Source of the DNA: Amoebophrya sp. A120
Lineage: Eukaryota; Protista; Dinoflagellata
Direction of reading: 5' to 3'
NCBI GenBank assembly: GCA_905178155.1
Contig: CAJINV010000002.1
Coordinates: 8,203,224-8,267,223 of the forward strand
Length of the DNA stretch: 64,000 nt
The notes beneath the pieces were generated by a model that was not told the origin of the DNA, ran no database searches, and was given only the letters and a program-made list of their open reading frames with translations. Positions within the stretch are counted from its first letter, which is position 1. Every line of letters begins with the position of its first letter. A program made the position numbers and the translations under genes. Shown piece after piece: positions 12,121 through 22,466 of this stretch.

Positions 12121-12464
12121 TGTTAGAAACCTAGACGCACGATAGTAACAACAGAGGTAAACGAGATGGGAACAAGCACTAGCAGTACTAAGTGACTACG
12201 AGTCACTGTGTGTTTGCTATCTGTTATCGACGCACTAGTATGGGTACTAGTCGCAACCTGCAGGGGTGTGATGAGATATCAAGAGGATGGACAATATGCA
12301 TGACAAACAGGATGGCTACGGCTAAGGAGGAGGATCATGGATTTCAGATCGCCGGTCTGTACAAGACCAAGAGATTTGACATCAGACCAGATTTACATCG
12401 TGATTTGCATCGCGCTGTGTTTCTGATCGTCACTAGGTCATTTGGTATTCCGATCTATCCAACA
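12121..12464 (-). repeat. 3' LTR (344 bp)
   Basis: tgttagaaac...tatccaaca, a direct repeat of 17627-17970. Confidence 0.95.
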
Positions 12465-15400
12465 CGATGGCAAATTGGACAAACTGCTGTCCCCGACCCG
12501 GCGAACCCCGCAATCTGCTTGGGAGGGTATTCTAAGCCGATTTCTCGAGTTGCTTTCAAGTAGGCCAAAATCCGTTTTGCTGCTTTCACCGCTTGGGGTG
12601 TCGGATTTACTACTTCTCTCGCAACACGCTGCACCGCGTAGACAATGTCTACCCTGCACATACAAGCGATATATTGCAGGCTACCCACGAGGCTTCGCAG
12701 TGGGAAACTCGTTTCTGGTGCAGAAGTATCAACTTCAGTAGTCTGAATTTCTGGCAATTGTCTTCCAGGAAGTACAGGCGTAGCAACTCCCCGACAATCA
12801 ACCATATTGAATTTCTTCAAAACTCTGTCAATGGCCTCTGCCATGTGGATCCTCATGGTCTTTTTCGATGCGTTGTATTCCAGAGTGGCCCCCAGGAGGT
12901 CGTAGACTTCGCAACCCTTTTCACCTGGTTTCGCTTTCGGCGGGATCACTTTTCCAGGAAATTTGTCCAAAATTTTCCCCATCTCTTTGCCGAGAATTTC
13001 TTCCGTGTCACCACTCATGACACAGTCATCCACGTACACGCTCAACGTAAGAACGCCTTTACGGAACAACCCCGGCTCCCGTTCACACATCTTCCAACCT
13101 AGTTCCTCCAAAGTCTTCCTGTAGGTATCGAACCAACGACGCGGGCTAATTCGAAGACCATAAAGAGACTTCAGTAGGCGCACGACATCACCTCTCGGAT
13201 CAGTGCTCCAGTGCTTCGGAAGACGCACGAAAACTCGCTCGTCACCTAAACTCGCACAAATGAACGCATTTGAAATGTCGAAAAATTTGATCCGTTTTCC
13301 ATTTGCAGCAGCGTCAACAAGTAGGGCTCTACTAGCTGCGTGCGAAATGGTAGGACTGTAAATTTCGCCACAGAGTTCTTTCGACTGTAAGTTTCCCAGT
13401 GCCACCAGCCGCGCTTTGTATGTTCCACATCTTTTCTTCGTGTAGATCACGCACGACGGCACAACTTCGTCGCCTTTTTGTGGTTTCTCGTCTACTGTCC
13501 AGCACTCTTTTGCTAAAAGTCTGAGTCGTTCAACATCGTCGGCCTCTATGTACTTCGGAGCATCAGGATCTCGAAGAATCTGCGCTCTGGTGAGTGACAC
13601 CACATGAGCAAAAACTTCTTCACCTTCTTCCTCAATGCGCTTGGCATGGTACTCGTCCAAGTCTCGACCAAAGTCAAAATCATCAGGCAACTGAAATACG
13701 TTTCCAGCTTCTGCTGCTTTTGGCTTAGGACCTGGCTTTTTGCTTCCCGGTTTGTTCTTTGAACCTTTCGGGCGACCCTTTTTGTTGTTGACAACGACTG
13801 CAGGCTTCGGCTTTTGCTTTCTTTTCTTCTTGACGACCTTGGGCTTTGGGCGGGCGGGAGGTTCGTCAAGCTCTTCCGCTTCGGGAGTAACTACCTCTTC
13901 CTCTGCTTGCGCAGCACTTTCCTCTTTGCCCCCTTCCACTGCTTTGCCCCCTTCCTCGACCTGCTGGTCTCCAGTAGCCCCATTGGGCCCCGAATCACCC
14001 TGGTCACGCGGAGCATCCTGATCGGGCTCATGACTTCCCGAGGGAGCCACCAACGGATCAGGCATGTTCGACGCACACAATTTGTCGGGTGCGGCAAAGG
14101 GTACAAAGGTGCCACGGTTCTTTTCGCGAAGATCGTCAATGTCGGCGATCGTACAAGATTCGTCAAACTTGCAGGATCTATTTTCGATCACAGTGAACTT
14201 CAACCCAACTTTCGTTCGTTTGTCGTCACGCCAAACACCCACTAAATAACAGGAATTTTTCGAATACCCCAAGAATACTCCACGTTCGTACCGAACATCG
14301 AGCGCACCTAAGTCCGTCGATTTCGTAACGTGTTTCCGAGCATAGCAAAGGACTCCGAATTTCTTGAAATATTTGAGCGAAGGCGCGCGATCGTGAACTT
14401 TTTCAAATGGACTCTTTTGCTCTTTCCGGGCTAACCGATTCCAAGTCCAGGCTATATACTTTGAACAATATGGCCAAAGACGAGGATCAACCCCGATCAT
14501 ATTCGCCCGCAAGGCATTTTTCGAAGTTTGGTTCCACCGTTCCACGACTCCATTACGTTGCGGCGTGAACGGCGCAGACGTAGTTGGCTCGATCGGAGGA
14601 CTCTGCTTCAAGCAAGACTTTCTCCAGTCACTTTTCTCGCCTCGAAAAGTAGGATCGTTATCGCTTCTCACCCGTTTGGGCTTTCCAACTTCTAAACACC
14701 ACTCACGCAGACCTTTCCACGCTTCATCCTTTTCCCGGTGAGGATAATTCTCTACCCAGCCATGGAATGTCTCCACCCCTGACAAAAGAAATTTCTCCCC
14801 ATCAAGACCCAAAGGATAACCGTAGGTATGATCCCAATCCACTTGATCTAGCCAAGCCTTTGGCTTACAGTGCTCCGGACGTTCTGACTTACACCCTTCT
14901 TGCCTCGACTTCGCTAAGTCACACAACGGACAGCGTCCATATTCAAGACCGTCAATATGAAAGTGCCCAAACCTTTCATGTTGTCGAAGACGATCGGCAC
15001 GAGTCAGATTCACAAATGCTGGCTCGGACCACGCGGCCCGGCTCTTTCCGTTTTGTAAATCGCCAGCCGTATCCAGCTCGCTCAAGCTGTGAAACGCAAA
15101 GTCTATTTGCGGCAAATTTGTTAAAGTGTCCCGGCGCATCGGAATTTTGAAACCTGTTTTCTTCTTTTGGAGGTAGAGCGCGTCTCTCCCCTCAAAAACT
15201 ACCCGGCAGTCATTTTCGTCGTTCAAAAGACTTACCGACACCAAAAACAACTTTTCGTCAGGATGGTATAGACCACCCATTAAACCTAAAGAGTTATGTT
15301 GGAAGTAACCACGGTAGGCGGGAGTGTCTAACGTTCGGTCGGCAACCGTTAACGTTACTGGATCATCCCAAAACACAATCTGAAAACAACTCAAGTCCCC

Positions 15401-16306
15401 TGTCATGTGGTGCGAGGCACCACTTTCAACAACTGCCGTTGTTTGAGTACCATCCGGGCGGATGGTAATCCCATGGGCGCTTTTCCCGTTTCCCTTCGAC
15501 AAAAGTGCAAATGTCAAAGACGAAACAGCGCCGGCGGACTTTTCGCCGTTTTGATCTGTTTGACCCTTTTCCCGCTCTTTTGACCAATCACCAAACCAGT
15601 CTTGTGCCTCCTGGTTTTCGTTTTTCTTGTCCCTGCCCTGGTGGTGACCATGCACCAAGACAGTGAAGCCCTTAGGAGTATCGGCAAAATCAAAAATTTG
15701 CTGATCTTTCACCCCGTTGCATGATTCCCCTACAAACTTGCACAAGTTAAAATAAGTCCAATCCATGCAGTTTCCTTCTGCTTTACGGGCGGAATCTGCC
15801 ACCTCGTAACTTTTGTTCTTTGCCATCTCATGCGGGTTCGCTTTTCTTTTTAAATTGCTGAGATCATACAAGCGCGAAACCCCATGCAGAATAGGCATTC
15901 TTTGTAATGAATTTTCGTTCTTTTCAGGTACTTTCACGTTCTTAACAGGAGCGGAATCAACTTCAAATTTTACATTGGAAATCTTACAAGTAGTGCCGGT
16001 TGATTCGTAAACAGGGCGGATAGATGCGTTTTTCATCATACATTTCGATACGTTTTCGTTGGAAATAGAGGCTGTTTCAAGTACACTGTGATTGGATATA
16101 GGTGCTGTTTCAAGACCATCAATTTTTGTTTCGAGTACTGTAGCATTGTAAATAGAGGGAGATTGTAGATTTTGAATGCATGTAACGTCACTACTTTGAC
16201 CAGAAGTAGAGCCTGTTTTAACAACATGAACATCATCAGCATCGGTTTTTCGACGTTTAGCAGCATGAGAAATTTGACAATTCTCATCGGAACCCGGCCA
16301 GCTTCG
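12455..16306 (-). CDS. pol: Copia pol (protease, integrase, RT), truncated before RNase H
   Basis: Protease VESGASHHM. Zn-binding HERFGH..CPLC. Integrase RSDN..PQRNGVVER. RT YKARLVALG, FDISNAF, LKSLYGL, YVDD, AAKRILAYLK. The frame is open from 16306 (translated by hand). Confidence 0.9.
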   Translation of the reverse strand, partial: RSWPGSDENCQISHAAKRRKTDADDVHVVKTGSTSGQSSDVTCIQNLQSPSIYNATVLETKIDGLETAPISNHSVLETASISNENVSKCMMKNASIRPVYESTGTTCKISNVKFEVDSAPVKNVKVPEKNENSLQRMPILHGVSRLYDLSNLKRKANPHEMAKNKSYEVADSARKAEGNCMDWTYFNLCKFVGESCNGVKDQQIFDFADTPKGFTVLVHGHHQGRDKKNENQEAQDWFGDWSKEREKGQTDQNGEKSAGAVSSLTFALLSKGNGKSAHGITIRPDGTQTTAVVESGASHHMTGDLSCFQIVFWDDPVTLTVADRTLDTPAYRGYFQHNSLGLMGGLYHPDEKLFLVSVSLLNDENDCRVVFEGRDALYLQKKKTGFKIPMRRDTLTNLPQIDFAFHSLSELDTAGDLQNGKSRAAWSEPAFVNLTRADRLRQHERFGHFHIDGLEYGRCPLCDLAKSRQEGCKSERPEHCKPKAWLDQVDWDHTYGYPLGLDGEKFLLSGVETFHGWVENYPHREKDEAWKGLREWCLEVGKPKRVRSDNDPTFRGEKSDWRKSCLKQSPPIEPTTSAPFTPQRNGVVERWNQTSKNALRANMIGVDPRLWPYCSKYIAWTWNRLARKEQKSPFEKVHDRAPSLKYFKKFGVLCYARKHVTKSTDLGALDVRYERGVFLGYSKNSCYLVGVWRDDKRTKVGLKFTVIENRSCKFDESCTIADIDDLREKNRGTFVPFAAPDKLCASNMPDPLVAPSGSHEPDQDAPRDQGDSGPNGATGDQQVEEGGKAVEGGKEESAAQAEEEVVTPEAEELDEPPARPKPKVVKKKRKQKPKPAVVVNNKKGRPKGSKNKPGSKKPGPKPKAAEAGNVFQLPDDFDFGRDLDEYHAKRIEEEGEEVFAHVVSLTRAQILRDPDAPKYIEADDVERLRLLAKECWTVDEKPQKGDEVVPSCVIYTKKRCGTYKARLVALGNLQSKELCGEIYSPTISHAASRALLVDAAANGKRIKFFDISNAFICASLGDERVFVRLPKHWSTDPRGDVVRLLKSLYGLRISPRRWFDTYRKTLEELGWKMCEREPGLFRKGVLTLSVYVDDCVMSGDTEEILGKEMGKILDKFPGKVIPPKAKPGEKGCEVYDLLGATLEYNASKKTMRIHMAEAIDRVLKKFNMVDCRGVATPVLPGRQLPEIQTTEVDTSAPETSFPLRSLVGSLQYIACMCRVDIVYAVQRVAREVVNPTPQAVKAAKRILAYLKATREIGLEYPPKQIAGFAGSGTAVCPICHRVG

Positions 16307-17389
16307 TCAGTTGGGACAATCCTTACGAACATGTCCAAGCTGCTTGCACTTGTGACGTTTGATCTTGGATTTGTCTCCGCCGCCGCCTTTTCCCTTCTGC
16401 TGGTCTCCCTTGCCTCCTTTTCCGCCGCCCTTGTTGTTCTTCTGGTTGTTGTTCTTGTACGGGTGCTGGTTCTTGTTGACCCAGCGGCCACCCTTCTTCC
16501 CCTTCTGTGCAACAACTTCAGCAGCGATCGCTTTGTGATCGGCCTGCGTCAAGTTGAGAGAAGCGGGCTTTGCGGTGTCCTCTTCGGTGCCCCCGTCTTT
16601 CAAGACGGATTCGTACTCCTCCGCCAACTTCAACAAATTATCATTGTCCGGCTTGTCCTGGATGACGTGCGGCATGATAAATGAATCGTAGGCGTTCCCG
16701 AGGTTGTAGAAGCATCCGAAAGTCATCAACTCGCTGCGGAAGACTTCACCGCCCAGCTCATCCCGAAAGATGTTTTGTTTCCGCTGAACGAACTCCCTTA
16801 CCGTTTGGTCTTTGTCTTTCCGGGTGGTTAGTAAATCCTTAAGCGACCGCATTCGAGCGAATTTGGTCCGCTTATCGAATTCCAACAACAACGCACCCCA
16901 AGCCGTACTGATGCAAACGACTGTCTTTTTCTTCACGACCTCCAGCGCGTCCCCAGTCAACGCCACGCACAAGCGAGCGAAGAACTGCGCACCGATGGCC
17001 CTCGTGTCGTCCTTCCATCCGTCAATAGAAGGCGTTTTCAAGAAGTTGTCGATCAGTGTCAAGATCCCCAACATCTGCAACAAGGCTTGCACCTTAAACC
17101 GCCAGTCCGACCATCCCTTCGGATTTCCGTCGTAAGGCGGAATAGAGTACTTTCCCACCTGGTTAGTGTCGACCATTGTGTTCAAAAGAAAACAATAATC
17201 GCGCTTAAATACAAATTCCCAATTTGTATCCCAATCGAGATTGTGGAAATAGTTTGCAAATTGTGGGTCGCTAAGGTCTTCAACGTTCCAACCTTTGGAG
17301 CCGTAACACTTCGCGCCTAAAATGCACAAGTCTCGACGCTTTCCAAGTTCTCTAGCTACGCAACTAGCACCAAAATGTCTGCGTGACAT
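16307..17389 (-). CDS. gag: Copia gag (probable start at 17176) with a C-terminal zinc knuckle
   Basis: YDGNPKGWSDWRFKVQALL at the N-terminus. Knuckle RHKCKQLGHVRKDC, with the first Cys replaced by Arg. Confidence 0.85.
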   Translation of the reverse strand: MSRRHFGASCVARELGKRRDLCILGAKCYGSKGWNVEDLSDPQFANYFHNLDWDTNWEFVFKRDYCFLLNTMVDTNQVGKYSIPPYDGNPKGWSDWRFKVQALLQMLGILTLIDNFLKTPSIDGWKDDTRAIGAQFFARLCVALTGDALEVVKKKTVVCISTAWGALLLEFDKRTKFARMRSLKDLLTTRKDKDQTVREFVQRKQNIFRDELGGEVFRSELMTFGCFYNLGNAYDSFIMPHVIQDKPDNDNLLKLAEEYESVLKDGGTEEDTAKPASLNLTQADHKAIAAEVVAQKGKKGGRWVNKNQHPYKNNNQKNNKGGGKGGKGDQQKGKGGGGDKSKIKRHKCKQLGHVRKDCPN

Positions 17390-17626
17390 TTAATTTCTTT
17401 TCTAAATTTTGCAGATAAACTTCTTAAAGTTGTGGGGGTGCGTTTTCAACAAATACGTTCAAATTTGTAATGCTAACTCTGAAATTGTACAAGTAAATCT
17501 TACAAGATGTAGTGGCTGTTTTTCAAATTTTCTACACAAGAAAATCAGTAAAAATTTGTAATGCAGGCGCAAGTTTTCTAAACAAGAAAACTAATAAATT
17601 TTGGCTGAATAAAGGTGCGACTAGAT

Positions 17627-17970
17627 TGTTAGAAACCTAGACGCACGATAGTAACAACAGAGGTAAACGAGATGGGAACAAGCACTAGCAGTACTAAGTG
17701 ACTACGAGTCACTGTGTGTTTACTATCTGTTATCGACGCACTAGTATGGGTACTAGTCGCAACCTGCAGGGGTGTGATGAGATATCAAGAGGATGGACAA
17801 TATGCATGACAAACAGGATGGCTACGGCTAAGGAGGAGGATCATGGATTTCAGATCGCCGGTCTGTACAAGACCAAGAGATTTGACATCAGACCAGATTT
17901 ACATCGTGATTTGCATCGCGCTGTGTTTCTGATCGTCACTAGGTCATTTGGTATTCCGATCTATCCAACA
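17627..17970 (-). repeat. 5' LTR (344 bp)
   Basis: Direct repeat of 12121-12464, followed by the TSD CGATG. Confidence 0.95.
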
Positions 17971-20900
17971 CGATGGCAAATTGGACAAACTGCTGTCCCC
18001 GACCCGGCGAACCCCGCAATCTGCTTGGGAGGGTGCTCCTGACAAGGCTAAGAGTGAGACCGGAAAACGTGTTCTTTTTGAGGATGAACAGATCAGCTGG
18101 GTTGAGGAACTCGACCGTCTGACTGATCCCGACAACCGGATGCCCGAAGGGAACGGTTGGACACCACAGCTCAGCAACTTTGTCAAGCAGCTCTTTCTCC
18201 ATTTGGTGAAAGACGTCGACATGAGCGACAGCGTAAAGCTGAAATTTCTCGATCGTAATTCAGAATTGCAGCGTACAATCGGGGAAGAAGGCGTCCTCAA
18301 CTCTTGGACAGTTCTCCGAGGAAAAGGACCCAGCTGCGAGAAGGTCGGCGCATGGGAGGAATTCCGCAGCGCTCTAGCAGAAGAGCTAGAGCTCCTGGAT
18401 ATTCCTCGGCGCTTGAGCAACGAGCCGCGAGACGAGAAGGCACGCGATAAGATGAACAAGGCACGCGACGAGATCAGTAAGGACATTTGGCACGTCAGGA
18501 CGGCCGTTATGAAACTTCACGCCGGGCCGCAGCCGGGACAGAAGAGCGAGCGAAAATTAAGTTATGCTCCCACAGCAGCGCGTCAAGGCACTGAAATCCA
18601 GAACCTGACTGCGCAGATCAGAGACGCACTTACCTACCTCGCTGATGCGCGCCAGAAGCTTGAAGACCACGTCAAGTTGTTAGTTCAGCTTCTGGGCCGC
18701 GATGGAGAGAAAGAGAGACGCGCACACCTGCAGTATGCGATGCAGAATGTTGAGAACGAACTCAAGGGTCTAGATACGATAGCAGAAGAAAAATTCCGCG
18801 CACCAAAAGGCAGTTTTCTCGCCTACGCGGAGACGCAATTCACGCGAAACAAACTGGATCCGGTGAGCCAGGTTCTCGAGGAGTGGTTGGAGCAGCACTT
18901 GAATGCCACGCTGGAGGCTCTTCTGAAGTTGACCGACGTGATCGACAATAGCGATACCGCGGAACGCTTCGTCCCCTTCACAAACACGTTGCTTGCACCG
19001 TGGGCGCCAGCAGCGCGGGTCGTTCATCCGGGACGTGCCGAGGGGCATCATGCCGAAGCGCCGAAATCGCAAATGACGTTGACGCGGAAGCCACAAGGTG
19101 CCGACGGGTTCTTTCCCAAGCTCGAACGCACCCAAGCGGTGCATTGGCCATCAGGCTCTGCTCCTGGCGCAGCAGACATGCAACGCAGAGATGCCACAAG
19201 GCGCAGTTCTTCGAGGGAGCGCAGCTCCTCGAGGAAGCGCAGCTCTTCGCCGGTTCTTCCGTGATCGCTCCCGCCAGGATTACTGAGCTGCAACATGCAC
19301 TCGTGTATAATAGCGGCCTCGCACTACGACCGACTTCGCGAATGCTGTAGAGATTGGTTCCATCTCTGATTTATTTTTTCAGTAGCCTGTTTTATTTGGT
19401 TTGACTTTGATTTTTTACCTTTCAGGGCACTTGCTTCAATTTATTACTTATATTGATCCCATTTGCTATTGCTTGTACGCCCGAGCCCGATGCACTAGCA
19501 ATGTGAGGCAAGATTTATTGCAAGAGGAGAAGAAAGTGAAAGGGAGGAGCGTCTGCCGTGGCTTTGGTCTTTGCAAAGACCACTAGCAGGCGCGAAAACG
19601 AGCGAGTGCGAACCAGAATGATTTCTGCACGGACTGCGGTGTTTGGTACCTACGCGTATACTTTTAGATACCGAATCGAAGTTCGTCTCGTCCCACTCGA
19701 TGCGGGACCCCAAGCTTATTTTCACCAGCCGAGTCGGAAATTAGAATTACCTTTTTTTACCACCCTAGCTCAACATGGGCAACAAAACGAGACCAGCGCG
19801 CTTACACTCAGCATTCATCAATTTTACGCACAGATGATCTATTCAACATCAACCTTTTTACGCGATTTTGTTCTGCGAATTATAATTATTGCCCCGGGAA
19901 ATAAAATCGTTGATGGACTCCACAACGTTCTTTTTTCTGCCAAGAATTGAGCTGATGAAGCGCTTTTTTCTTTGGACAAACTCACATATTCGCTTTGATG
20001 TTGTGCACGAGTAGTAAGAAAGTAATCGCGACCTGGAAACGCAAAAACCCCTAAAGAACTCTGTGGTCGTGCACCGGGCCGCTACAATCTATCTTCACAG
20101 CGTGCCGGTGATTTGGCGTTTTGGTAAAAGTGTGCCCACTTTAAGTTACTCACTTTTTTTGCCCGAGAAAACAGTACCCACCCGAAACTGTAACACCTGA
20201 AAACTCATGATCATAGATATCCGTCCAAGACCTCCGAGGAAAACCGCTTTTGCTTTGCAAGGACGGTATATTTCTCGGAAAAAAAACCAAAAAAACTTTT
20301 CTAGCAAGTAAGGAACCAACTCGAGGTTCTGCCTCCCCTTAAAACCAGACTTCGACGGATGAAAATGAAAGCGAGAAAGTCGCTGTTTCTGCGGTTTGGC
20401 TTCGACTTCGAGGAGTCCCGGACGAGTGGAGGTGTTCTACAATATACTTCACATGCCCAAGATTGTTCAACCTAAAAGAAAAACGCACAAGATCAACATC
20501 GGTCAGCAACACCAACGTCATCTCTCGAGGTCGGAACAAGCAATGGAGTGCAAGAAGAAAATTGTGTTGCAATGACGAGCAAGATCTAGTCGTTCTGGAG
20601 ATGGCAAAATGCTGCGAATATGTATACGGTCCGTGTGCTCCCTAGTTGTGTGAGCAGCCCTGGTTTGTACGGACCTTGAGACTGTTGACCAGTAAACAGT
20701 GGGTACAGAAAATTGAATAAATGTTTTCTATAGGAGAGCTATACGATGCTCCCGTCGATGATAAATTCCATAGTGGATGGATGCACCAGGACTACTTACT
20801 TACGGCGCTAGTGCCAGCAGATCTTTGTTGACGAGAACGACGCCTAGCTGTGGCGGCTGCTAAGATGAGAAATTGGCGTCTTATTATTTTCGCCAGAAGA

Positions 20901-22466
20901 GCAAGAGCAAGAGGAGATTTTCTGCAAATGTATAGGATAAAAACAATAACTCATTGTTCCTTACGATCTTCGACCAGCAGGATGAAAATACCCGAACAAG
21001 ATCTTGTTCCCTACGTTTGTTTGTCTTTACCCTACTAACCAGAAAGAAAATATCCCACAAATTAGTTGCTCATACCTACCTCCATACAATTCATACAAAT
21101 ATGAGTGAAGTCCTTCTCTGTAATGCCTGACATTGCCCTTCTATTAGTCTTCACATTAAATCATGCTGAAGAAAGACAAGGTCAAGTAGGATCCACACAA
21201 TTTTTATGTTGAGCTATGACGTGTCAGACGTCATTGAGGTCTTCAGTAGCGATGTGTAAAGTGGTCCAATATCTGAGTAAATGTAGTTTTCTCAGTAGAA
21301 ATACCTCGATGCCAATGATCTCACGAAGCAACCTTGGTTGAAATCATCAATCAACTTCCTTCCTTCAAAAATACAGTACACAGAGTGTAGCTGCACTTGC
21401 AACACAAGCACAGAAGTTTATAGTTTTATTCTACCCGCCCTATTTTTCCATCGGATCTGTGTATGATTTTTGTGATGCAGCATTGCAGCCGTGTATGTGA
21501 TGTCCATGAAATTCTGTGTAGATGAGTTATGCTTACATCCATTTTTCGCTTTTATAGCATGAAGATCTATTCTCATATGTATTGTAGAAATTTCCATCGC
21601 GCGGGTGCTCGTCCTGTTTAGTGTGTGAGCTGTTATATGTGTGGCAGTAATGAGTTTCAGTTTAATTAACCCAAAAAAACAACTACATATTGCCACTGTC
21701 TCTGTGTGGTAAAAAGACAAAAAGCGTTTCGAAGCGTCGGACTCCCGTGCTTGCACAAAGTTGCATCTACAAATCCAGCCGGCTTCGCAAAGCTCCTAGA
21801 GCTGCGCACTCAGTAAGCGAAGGTAGTAAGTCATAACAAGGTCTTATTTAGTGCGGCTGGTCTTTAGAAAAATTGCTTCTTTCTGTAGGAGCGACGGCCA
21901 CAGGAAGGTACTTATATGCCTTGCACGGTAGTAAGTACTTGATTTTCATTTTCAGGCTTGGCGTTCCCCTTGCATTTCATTGCACCCGACCGCACAGTAG
22001 AGCTAGAGCTGACAAAGGTTCTTAATATCAGGAACTGAAGATAGACGCTTCTTTGTTGACGAGACGACCAAAAGAGCACCGGGAAGAGCTCGTGGGCTTT
22101 CTGTCGGTGGCACCCATTCGGCTGCCCGACGAAGCAGAGGACAGAGTCGACGGTGACGCGACAATCACTGCAATTTGCTAGTACTTGTGACACCAGTACG
22201 TAGCAGCGTCGTAAGCAGAGCTTTGTTTTGTGCGAGCCTCTCGCTGTACTTGCGGTGCATAGACATACTACTTACTGGACTATCTTGGCACTTAAATAAG
22301 GAAACTACGACATACTCACACCTAGGAAAAAGCCGTCCTCAACAAGTTTCTCGAATTTTTTAAAGGCGGAGGAAAACCTACGGGAAGAACATAGCGCGAG
22401 CATAGTCATTCCAAGGCCTAGGCCCCAACGCCCATTAAATACAGTCACTTGGAAGAAGAACCGAGA

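Larger units (their letters stand above)
12121..17970 (-). mobile_element. Ty1/copia LTR retrotransposon lacking RNase H
   Basis: Two 344-bp TG...CA LTRs with 1 visible mismatch. TSD CGATG at 12116-12120 and 17971-17975. Domain order gag-PR-IN-RT. Confidence 0.95.
11976..19264 (+). pseudogene. Putative secreted-protein gene interrupted by the Copia element
   Basis: 11976-12120 encodes MKMQRSLGCNTIVGRRAASLALLAVWSSSVEVCEG...RIVD. It continues in frame across the CGATG TSD into GKLDKLL... (17976-19264). Confidence 0.75.

Noticed and set aside
12121-12528. LTR length of 408 bp
   Set aside because: TG...CA ends and the CGATG TSD define 344 bp. The extra 64 bp is duplicated flank.
12192-12563. 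ORF MTTSHCV..., repeated at 17698
   Set aside because: It lies inside the LTRs and has no protein features.
20340-20830. Possible small exons upstream of mitoferrin (also 25230-25400)
   Set aside because: They look coding-like, but I could not build a supported model or assign a product.
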